The position numbers were made by a program, and so were the translations under genes. Of a stretch of 16,834 nucleotides of DNA, positions 7,314 through 13,930 are shown one piece after another. Positions within the stretch are counted from its first letter, which is position 1. Every line of letters begins with the position of its first letter. The notes below the pieces were generated by a model. The model ran no database searches and was not told the origin of the DNA. It was given only the letters and a program-made list of their open reading frames with translations. The stretch is from Polyangiaceae bacterium (GTDB lineage: Bacteria; Myxococcota_A; Polyangia; Polyangiales; Polyangiaceae): assembly GCA_035063585.1 (NCBI GenBank), contig JAPSGB010000064.1:1-16834 (forward strand), in the 5' to 3' direction.

Positions 7314-8152
7314 CGACGTCTCGGCGGAGCCGCGCCATTCGTCCGTCTCCAGGACGATGCTCCGTGACTCGCCGCGACCGGGACATCCTTCACGCCGTCG
7401 GGCGCATGGGGCAGGCGACGACCGACCAGATCCAGCGCCTGTACTTCGGGGACCGGAGCACGGCGTCGCGACGGCTCGCGAAGCTCGTCGCGCTCCGCAT
7501 GCTGGATGTCCACGTACCCAACCTGTCGTCCCCCAACGTGTACACGCTCGGCAAGGCTGGGCTGGACATGCTTCTTCGACTCGGCGCCGACCGACAGGAG
7601 CTGCACGTGTCGCGCGTCCGGCGCCACCTGGACGAGCACCTGCGCGCCCTGAACGACCTGCGCGTCGGGCTCGTCGTCGCGACCCGCGCACGGATGGACG
7701 TCTCGGTGGAGGCGTTCCATGGCGACCTCGATCTGCGTCGCGCGGCTGGCGCTCCGCCGCCTGCGTATCTCCCCGACGCCGTGGTCGAGCTCGTGACGAC
7801 AGCCGGCCCCATGGTGCTCATCGTCGAGATCGACCTCGGCTTCGAGACGCGGGGCGTGTTCGCGAAGAAGGTCGATGCGACCGTCGCGCTCTGGACGGCG
7901 GGCCTTCCGTGCTGCGGCGCCGCGGCCGGCACATGGAGGCCCGCGGTGTTCGTTCTTTCGGAAGGGCGAGCACGGTCGCTCGCGGCGGTCATCGAGCGCC
8001 GCGGCGGGGGACCGCTCTGGCTCGTCGCCGAGCTGCAGCGGGTCCTGGCCACCGGCGCGCTGGCGCCAGTGTTGGCGACGGCGGAGGAGGTCTCTGCGAC
8101 GCCGCGTGGTGTGCCGCTGCCGTACCGCTGGGCACTCGCGCCACGTACCTGA
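7310..8152 (+). CDS. Replication-relaxation (Replic_Relax) family protein: winged HTH plus PD-(D/E)xK-type nuclease, putative relaxase (280 aa)
   Basis: TRRDRDIL...ATTDQIQRLYF...ASRRLAKLV...VYTLGKAG (wHTH), HLRALNDL, YLPDAVV, LIVEIDLGFE...KK. This is the characteristic motif order of the family, and the gene is adjacent to a coupling-protein gene. Confidence 0.85.
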   Translation: MTTSRRSRAIRPSPGRCSVTRRDRDILHAVGRMGQATTDQIQRLYFGDRSTASRRLAKLVALRMLDVHVPNLSSPNVYTLGKAGLDMLLRLGADRQELHVSRVRRHLDEHLRALNDLRVGLVVATRARMDVSVEAFHGDLDLRRAAGAPPPAYLPDAVVELVTTAGPMVLIVEIDLGFETRGVFAKKVDATVALWTAGLPCCGAAAGTWRPAVFVLSEGRARSLAAVIERRGGGPLWLVAELQRVLATGALAPVLATAEEVSATPRGVPLPYRWALAPRT

Positions 8153-8300
8153 CGCCGCCAGCCTGCCCTTGCACTTCGCCTCACCCATGCCCCTACGGAA
8201 GCGGCACGAGTCGCCGATGATTTTCACGTACTTTCAATGCGTTGACGCGCGGGTGCGTTCGCGCTTTAGGGTCGCCGTTTGCGGCAGACCGCCGGCGAGC

Positions 8301-8873
8301 TCAGGATTTCCCTTCGGCGTCGCGGTCGGCCCGCCAGCGTTCGGCGCTCAGTTCGACGAACCGGTCCTTCCACTCCTCGATGTAGTCGGAGACGTACGCC
8401 GTCCACTTTCGGCCAAGTTCCGCGTCGTCCTCAACCGCCGCAGGTGGGTACTTCGTCTCGGCGATGACCGTTGCGATCCGCTCCGCCTCGCCCATCGCCC
8501 ATTCGCGCACATCGTCCTCGCCGATCATCCCCTCGAACTCGTCGGCCAGGCCGTCGACTGTCAAGCGCACGTCCTGGTCGACCAGACCGTCGATGTTCTC
8601 GACCACGAGGTCGAGGTACGTCTCGCCGACTTGTTGCACCGTCACGCGCTTCGGATCGAATTCGTAGGTCTGGTTGACGACGAAGTACCCAGGGCTCGGC
8701 ATCCCTTTCGTCTCGAGACCCTCGATGCACGGATGGCGGATTATGTCGAAAAGCAACCTCTCGTTCTCGATGCGGAAGTTCCCGAGGCGTCGGACCCGCT
8801 CGGAGAGATCCCGAAGAGCTGGATCGCCGTCGATGACTTCGAGTGCTTGGCGCCTCAGCTCTTCAACCGTCAT
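8301..8873 (-). CDS. Hypothetical acidic protein (190 aa)
   Basis: Protein-like, Glu/Asp-rich composition unlike the Arg/Ala-rich shadow ORFs. It is the only well-supported minus-strand gene inside the element. No family recognised. Confidence 0.75.
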   Translation of the reverse strand: MTVEELRRQALEVIDGDPALRDLSERVRRLGNFRIENERLLFDIIRHPCIEGLETKGMPSPGYFVVNQTYEFDPKRVTVQQVGETYLDLVVENIDGLVDQDVRLTVDGLADEFEGMIGEDDVREWAMGEAERIATVIAETKYPPAAVEDDAELGRKWTAYVSDYIEEWKDRFVELSAERWRADRDAEGKS

Positions 8874-8998
8874 CCTGTGCCACCCGTATCATCGTCGGCT
8901 CGCTGGTTCCATACCAGCTTCCGGGCCTATGGCGAGCGTTCCTCTTACGGCAGGCAGGGTGCGAGCGGGACGTGGATCGTCAGGAAACGATGTTCGCC

Positions 8999-9111
8999 CG
9001 TCACGCGACGTGGCTCCGCGCACTTCTAGTATGTGAAGTGCGGGTGATGCCGCGCATCGTGTCACGCGACGCTGCACCCCGCACTTCAACCTTCTCGAAG
9101 GCCCGCACTCC
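8999..9111. repeat. Cluster of direct and inverted repeats in the divergent intergenic region
   Basis: GTCACGCGACG at 9000-9010 and 9061-9071, each followed at the same distance by CGCACTTC (9019-9026, 9080-9087). Inverted copy GAAGTGCG at 9035-9042 and a degenerate CCCGCACTCC at 9102-9111. Confidence 0.8.
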
Positions 9112-9267
9112 GCGGACCTTGTGGAATCGCGGCGCCATGTGCGCCGGAAAGGAGGTCCGTCGCGGCAGAGGACGCTTGGTGAGAACCGGGAACCGGAAGC
9201 CGGTGCGCGTCGGGCGCGTTTCGCGCGAGGCACACCGGGCTCCGTGACTCACGTAACCCTCACCCGT

Positions 9268-9978
9268 ATGCCGTCCAACCATCTGCATCTCCATTACGCC
9301 GTGTCGCGTCGGACGCAGCCGTCGCAGAAGGCCCTCCGGGCCATCGCCGACGCCCAGTCCCTCGTGAACAACCGCTGTTCGTGGACGTACGAGCGCCTGG
9401 CGCTCAAGCCCGTCGAGCGGCGGCCAGAGCGACCGCAGTATTCGTCTTTCCCCTTCGTCCAGTTCGCGTCGGCTAAACCGGCGCTTCCTGCCGAGCTTGC
9501 TCGGGTCGACGGCGGACCGGTGGTCCGCTTCGACGATGCCGCCCTGGCGGGCTCGACCCGCGTGCGCGACAACCTCTGGAACGCGCACCTGATCGTGGCC
9601 TTCCTGAAGCACGTCTCGGCGAGCTTCCCCGAGCTTCTGCTCGAGCTGCGCGACGACACGGGCTTCGTCTTGCCGGGCGCGGTCTGGATCCGCGGGGGAA
9701 AGGTGGAACTGCAGCGCGACTGGCTGAACCGCGAGCGGGAGCGAGTGCTCGAGTTCTCGGGCGACCCGAATGCGGCGGCACCGTTCGTCTGGGCCGAGGC
9801 GGAGGCGCTGCAAGGAAGGTTCTTCCTCGACGCTCCGGCCGGCGACTTCTCGGATGTGATGGAGATCCAGGAGATGATCGGCGTGTCGTACGACGAGCTC
9901 AACTCGCTGAGTCTGGCGGATGCGGCGGACATCGTCGTGAACCGCGTGATGACCGAGCGGGTCCCGAGCCGGGCTTGA
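9268..9978 (+). CDS. Hypothetical protein (236 aa)
   Basis: Open frame with GC3-rich codons and globular composition from ATG 9268 (MPSNHLHLHYAVSRR...). Start is uncertain and no family was recognised. Confidence 0.75.
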   Translation: MPSNHLHLHYAVSRRTQPSQKALRAIADAQSLVNNRCSWTYERLALKPVERRPERPQYSSFPFVQFASAKPALPAELARVDGGPVVRFDDAALAGSTRVRDNLWNAHLIVAFLKHVSASFPELLLELRDDTGFVLPGAVWIRGGKVELQRDWLNRERERVLEFSGDPNAAAPFVWAEAEALQGRFFLDAPAGDFSDVMEIQEMIGVSYDELNSLSLADAADIVVNRVMTERVPSRA

Positions 9979-10143
9979 CCTGAAGCGTCCTCGGAAGCCG
10001 CGATGAACCAGCGCCACGGAGAACGGGCGGACCGCGAGCCCGGTGTGCCACGCACAAACGCTCTCTCGAGCACCGCGTGACGGCCTCGCGACTCCGCCCC
10101 CTCCGCGGCGCGTTTGCCCGACCCCGACACGAAGGAGAACACG

Positions 10144-10452
10144 ATGGAGTACATCCTCCAGGTATCCACACCGATCGAGTGCGTAAGCATGACCGACAAG
10201 GTCATCGAGGCGGCAGTCGCGCACCTCGGTCTCGCGGGGACGGTCGAACGTCGTTCGCTCGGGATCTGGGACGACGGTACCCGACGGCGCGACCGCGTGC
10301 GGTACTTCGACGTCCTCGACCTGGCGGCGAACGGAGCCGCGCCGTCCGCCGCGGCGCTGCGCGACGTCGTCCGCCACACCATCGACGCGATGTGGGTGCT
10401 GGGTCTCAGGGCCTCGGTCCACGGCAGGCCGCGGTCGCGGGAGGCGCGGTGA
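10144..10452 (+). CDS. Hypothetical protein (102 aa), paralogue A
   Basis: GAAGGAG RBS at 10131-10137 and ATG 10144. Aligns without gaps to the 11715-12023 product. Confidence 0.75.
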   Translation: MEYILQVSTPIECVSMTDKVIEAAVAHLGLAGTVERRSLGIWDDGTRRRDRVRYFDVLDLAANGAAPSAAALRDVVRHTIDAMWVLGLRASVHGRPRSREAR

Positions 10453-10661
10453 AACGCCCGGGACCGCCCCCTGCCGCCGCGCCGCAGCCGGCGGATGACG
10501 GCATGGCCTCCATGTCCACCTCGGCCCTTCTCACCGAAGTCGCACGTCGCTTCCGCGTCCGGTTCGGGCGTGTCGAAGTCGTCTTCCACGACGGATGCCC
10601 GTCGCCGCGCGTGGTGGTCGAGCACCGGCTCCACCGAGCGGTCGACGATTCCGCACGCTGA
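10449..10661 (+). CDS. Small protein (70 aa), DUF2292/YezD-like
   Basis: GTGA overlap with the previous gene. RFGRVEVVFHDG resembles the (Y/F)GSVEIxxHDG core of DUF2292/YezD/OscA peptides. Confidence 0.55.
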   Translation: MKRPGPPPAAAPQPADDGMASMSTSALLTEVARRFRVRFGRVEVVFHDGCPSPRVVVEHRLHRAVDDSAR

Positions 10662-10747
10662 GCTCTCATGCCCACCCGCAACGACCGGGAGGTGAACGAC
10701 GACCGCGGAGCCGACCCGAGAACGGACGCCCCGCCGAGGAAGCCGCC

Positions 10748-11635
10748 ATGGCGTCCACCCGTGTTTCCGTGTCCGCAACGTCCACTCGCCGCTCTCTTCC
10801 GCTGTACCGCGCGGGGGGCGACGAGGAGCGCGTCTTCGTCGCGTTGAAGCGCAAGGAATCGCCCATCGCCGAGGAGGTCGCCTCGCTCGACCTCGAGACG
10901 CTCCGGCGGAAGCCGCTCCTGTCGGCCAACGCCAAGACCAGCATCTCGCTGGACTTCCCGATCGGACGGACGTGCGATCCCACGCCGCTGTGCGCGCGCA
11001 CGTGCTACGCCTCCTCGCCGAGGGCGGCGACCACCTGGCGCAAGTCGCTGAGGAAGCGGCTGCGGAACTTGCGGTACTTCGAGCTCGAGGAGCCGGATGC
11101 CGCCATCGCGCGTCTGACCCGGGAGTTCGCGAGCGCCCGGCGCCGTTGGGCCGGACGCGCCAGGCTCGACTATCTTCGCGTGAACGGCACGGGCGACCTG
11201 TTCCCGGCGCTCGTCCCAGTGCTGAACGGGTTCGCCGAACGCAATCCCGACGTTCGCGTCTGGATCGTGACGCGCCGGTTCGACTTGGCCGCCGGGATCG
11301 CGCGGCTCGCGAACGTCTACCTTCAGCTCTCGCTCGACGCCAGGACGCCGCTGCGGCTCATGGCGGAGGCGCGAAGACTCGTCGAGGAACACCCGCGCGC
11401 GTACTTCTCCTACCTCCGGACGTCGCGGGAAGACGTCACGCGTGGCGCCGCCATCGTCTTCAACGAGAAGCACACGCCAGATCTCCCGTACCACGGCAAA
11501 ACCGACTGTCCGGTGGATGCGGGACGACTCGCGCTCGACAACGTGCGCGGCGTGGGCGGCACCGCCTGCGCGAAGTGCCGCAAGTGCTTCAGCGAGGCGG
11601 TGTTGGCGCGACAACGGGAGAGGCTCGGATCGTGA
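10748..11635 (+). CDS. Gp88-like (phage gene product 88) putative Fe-S / radical-SAM-like protein (295 aa)
   Basis: GAGGA RBS; LLSANAKT, TCDPTPLCARTCYA (Cx5Cx3C), YLRVNGTGDLF, VWIVTRR, NVYLQLSLD, and C-terminal CP...CAKCRKCF. Confidence 0.75.
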   Translation: MASTRVSVSATSTRRSLPLYRAGGDEERVFVALKRKESPIAEEVASLDLETLRRKPLLSANAKTSISLDFPIGRTCDPTPLCARTCYASSPRAATTWRKSLRKRLRNLRYFELEEPDAAIARLTREFASARRRWAGRARLDYLRVNGTGDLFPALVPVLNGFAERNPDVRVWIVTRRFDLAAGIARLANVYLQLSLDARTPLRLMAEARRLVEEHPRAYFSYLRTSREDVTRGAAIVFNEKHTPDLPYHGKTDCPVDAGRLALDNVRGVGGTACAKCRKCFSEAVLARQRERLGS

Positions 11636-11714
11636 AAGCGTTCTCGCGACGCCTGGGTGGCGCCCATCCACCCCCGACCGGGATTCCGGTCAGCAACGCG
11701 AAGGAGATTGCCCG

Positions 11715-12023
11715 ATGACCAGATTCTACATCCACATGCCGATGCCCACCGAGTATGCCAGCGCGTACGACCGCGTGCTCCAGACGGCCATCGCGTTTCT
11801 CCAGGTGAATGGCCCTGTCGAGCGCATGGACGTGCTCTCGGCAACCCGCGCGACGCGGAAGGGCTCCGAGATTCTGCCGCTCGTCGTGCTCACGACGGAG
11901 AGCTCCTCGGCTCCGGAACAGGACGCCGTGCGCGGCGGCAAGCTCGAGGACGTGCTTCGCGCGGCGCTCGGCGCCGCCGGCATCAAGACGCCCGAGCCGC
12001 GTGTGTACGTGGTGGAGGAGTAG
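11715..12023 (+). CDS. Hypothetical protein (102 aa), paralogue B
   Basis: GAAGGAG RBS at 11700-11706 and ATG 11715 (MTRFYIHMPMPTEY...). Similar to the 10144-10452 product. Confidence 0.8.
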   Translation: MTRFYIHMPMPTEYASAYDRVLQTAIAFLQVNGPVERMDVLSATRATRKGSEILPLVVLTTESSSAPEQDAVRGGKLEDVLRAALGAAGIKTPEPRVYVVEE

Positions 12024-12147
12024 GGGATGGGTGGGACGTGAGGAGGCCAGGGAACTCAGCCCGGGCTGGGGCTCGGCATGTTCATGCAACGCCACCGTCC
12101 CCGGCTCAGGGACCGTGGCGGAGACTCTACTCGGCGCGGAGCGGCCG

Positions 12148-12384
12148 ATGAGCGCGCCGATCGCTTCGGCTCGATGGCTTCGCGTGCGCGAGGCGGCGGA
12201 GCTCCTCTCCATGAGCGAGGAGGCGCTCCGGCGGGCGCTCGAACGGCGCGCGATACGCGCATCCGATGGCGGTATCGAAGCCGACTACGACGGCATCCGC
12301 GGCCGGAAGCTCGGTCGCACGTGGCGCGTGTGCCTCTCCGAGCGGTGGCAGCTCGCGGCGCTCGCACGCCGTGACGTTGGCTGA
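12148..12384 (+). CDS. Excisionase-like helix-turn-helix protein (78 aa), putative recombination directionality factor
   Basis: RWLRVREAAELLSMSEEALRR...GIRGRKLGRTWRV is an Xis/HTH_17-type pattern, and the gene is immediately upstream of the integrase. Confidence 0.75.
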   Translation: MSAPIASARWLRVREAAELLSMSEEALRRALERRAIRASDGGIEADYDGIRGRKLGRTWRVCLSERWQLAALARRDVG

Positions 12385-12445
12385 CCGACCAGCGGCTCCG
12401 TCCCGTGCTATGAACCCCGTACGTTCTGAAGTGCGCGGACTGGCC

Positions 12446-12452
12446 AAGGAGG
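12446..12452 (+). promoter_or_regulatory. Shine-Dalgarno sequence of the integrase gene
   Basis: AAGGAGG 7 nt before ATG 12460. Confidence 0.8.
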
Positions 12453-12459
12453 AACGACC

Positions 12460-13536
12460 ATGGCCATCCGCAAAGTGATGCGGGCGGGCACGCCCGTCCT
12501 GTTCATTGATATCCGGTACAGAACGCCCGCGGGCAGGAAGCGGCGGTATCGTCGTGACGCCCAGGTGCAGACGCTCGCCGCCGCGAGGTCCGAGGAGCGA
12601 CGGCTTCTCGCGCATCTCGCGGAGCACGGCGAGCTGCCCGTCGTCCATGAGCAGACGGGCACTGCGACGACGCCCGGAACGATGACGTTCGGGCAGATCA
12701 TCGACATGTACAAGAAGACGACCCTTCAGACGAAGAAGCCGTCCACCCGCGCGGGGTACGTCGAGATCCTGGACGGCGATTTCCTCGCCGGTTTTCTCGA
12801 CACGCCGCTCGGAGAAGTGAACGCCGCCGCGCTCGCGAAGCTGGATGCCCAACTCGTCAAGAAGAAGGTGTCAGCTTCTCGGCGGCGCAATGTCCATGTC
12901 GTCGTCCGTTCCGTGCTTCGCGCGGGTGTCGCGCAAGGATCGCTCTCCGCGATGCCCGCACTTCCGAAGCTCCCGCGGGTCGGTAGGACCGTCGTCGAGG
13001 CGTTCCCGGCCGACGCGCTGCCGAAGCTCCTTGCCGCGGCGAGCCCGCAGGCCCGGCTCGCCTTCGCGCTCGCCGCGTACGCGGGGCTCCGCGCCGGCGA
13101 GGTGCGTGGCCTGCGGTGGGGAGACGTCAACCTGGGCACGCGGACCATCGTGGTCCGTCGCTCGATCACGAGGAAGCAGGAAGCGCCACCGAAGAGCGGA
13201 CACGAACGGCTCGTGCCCATCGCGGAGCCGCTCCTCGCGTTGCTCTCCGACGCAGGGCCGGGAAAGGCCAGCGTTGCCGTCGCGCGCACGCTGCACGGGA
13301 AGACCTGGGGAGAGCATGGGCTCCTCCAGGCGTTCCACCGCGCATGCCGACGTGCCGGGCTTCCCCAGCTGCGCTTCCATTCGTTGCGCCACACGTTCGT
13401 GACCGAGCTTCTTCGCCGGGGTGCGGCGGCGCACGCGGTGAAGGCGCTCGCGGGGCACTCGAGCCTCGCCGTGACCGAGCGCTACGCGCACGTGGCCGAG
13501 CGCGATCTGCGCGCCGCGATCACGACGCTGACGTAG
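12460..13536 (+). CDS. int: Tyrosine recombinase / phage integrase (358 aa)
   Basis: Complete catalytic set: YAGLRAGE (R), PPKSG (K), HSLRH (HxxR), LAGHS (H), TERYAH (Y). N-terminal basic arm-binding-type domain. Ends 94 nt before the tRNA 3' end. Confidence 0.97.
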   Translation: MAIRKVMRAGTPVLFIDIRYRTPAGRKRRYRRDAQVQTLAAARSEERRLLAHLAEHGELPVVHEQTGTATTPGTMTFGQIIDMYKKTTLQTKKPSTRAGYVEILDGDFLAGFLDTPLGEVNAAALAKLDAQLVKKKVSASRRRNVHVVVRSVLRAGVAQGSLSAMPALPKLPRVGRTVVEAFPADALPKLLAAASPQARLAFALAAYAGLRAGEVRGLRWGDVNLGTRTIVVRRSITRKQEAPPKSGHERLVPIAEPLLALLSDAGPGKASVAVARTLHGKTWGEHGLLQAFHRACRRAGLPQLRFHSLRHTFVTELLRRGAAAHAVKALAGHSSLAVTERYAHVAERDLRAAITTLT

Positions 13537-13549
13537 CAGCCGAGCACGC

Positions 13550-13569
13550 TGGGGCAACAGTGGGGCAAC
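13550..13569 (+). repeat. Tandem direct repeat, candidate integrase arm-type binding sites
   Basis: TGGGGCAAC at 13550-13558 and 13561-13569 (11-bp period), between the integrase stop and the tRNA end. Confidence 0.6.
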
Positions 13570-13630
13570 GGCTTCGGATGCGGTCGAGGAGCGCGACAGC
13601 TCGAAGTCACGCAACATCGCGGAAACGTTC

Positions 13631-13705
13631 TGGAGCCAGCTTGGGGATTTGAACCCCAGACCTGCGGTTTACGAAACCGCTGCTCTACCACTGAGCTAAG
13701 CTGGC
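13631..13705 (-). tRNA. tRNA-Thr (anticodon CGT), CCA encoded
   Basis: The minus strand reads GCCAGCT TA GCTC AGTGGTA GAGC A GCGGT TTCGTAA ACCGC AGGTC TGGGG TTCAAAT CCCCA AGCTGGC TCCA, with all four stems paired. Confidence 0.98.
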
Positions 13706-13930
13706 CGAACTAGCGTGCAAACGCTCGACAAGTCGGGCGAAATGCGGCCCGGCTTCTTGCACGTCACCTCGCGATCGTCAAGCGCCGGGCGTTTTCGCGC
13801 CCTCTCCACGTCTCCAGCCTGATGGGTTTGCCTGCCCGGCGCGGTATCCCGCGGGCGGCAGCCCAGCAATTCCCCGGCGATCACCGGCGATCGCCGCCGG
13901 CCAACCGCCGCGTCGCCACCCCGCCGTCGA

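Larger units (their letters stand above)
1..13650. mobile_element. Integrative element (ICE/IME-like genomic island) at tRNA-Thr(CGT); left end outside window
   Basis: Integrase and Xis-like gene abut the tRNA 3' end, and there is a co-oriented coupling-protein/relaxase module plus phage-type accessory genes. I saw no second copy of the tRNA 3' end in the window. Confidence 0.8.

Noticed and set aside
2692..8227. Long minus-strand ORFs (e.g. 2692-3828, 3384-4679, 4954-6459, 7253-8227)
   Set aside because: They are antisense shadows of well-supported plus-strand genes in high-GC DNA, with Arg/Ala/Gly-rich translations and no motifs.
8999..9111. Repeats considered as a mini CRISPR array
   Set aside because: There are only two imperfect units with an inverted internal copy, and no cas genes in the window.
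9001..11671. Long minus-strand ORFs 9001-10422, 9294-10778 and 10406-11671
   Set aside because: They overlap plus-strand genes that have RBSs and recognisable motifs, and show no domain signal of their own.
13606..13615. GTCACGCAAC near the att site, similar to GTCACGCGAC at 9000/9061
   Set aside because: It is a 9/10 match only and lacks the downstream CACTTC, so it is not distinguishable from chance.
1..13630. Second att copy (tRNA 3' end duplication) inside the window
   Set aside because: I found no TGGAGCCAGC-type repeat by eye. The left boundary is presumed outside the window; an exact search is needed.
1..13630. Interpretation as a prophage
   Set aside because: No capsid, portal, terminase, tail or lysis genes are recognisable here. 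The coupling protein and relaxase favour an ICE/IME-like element.
13482..13691. 69-aa minus-strand ORF (MVEQRFRKPQVWGSNPQAGS...)
   Set aside because: It is a translation of the tRNA-Thr sequence.
13706..13760. sigma70 promoter for the tRNA
   Set aside because: A TAGTT-like -10 is present on the minus strand, but I see no convincing -35, so the call is too weak.
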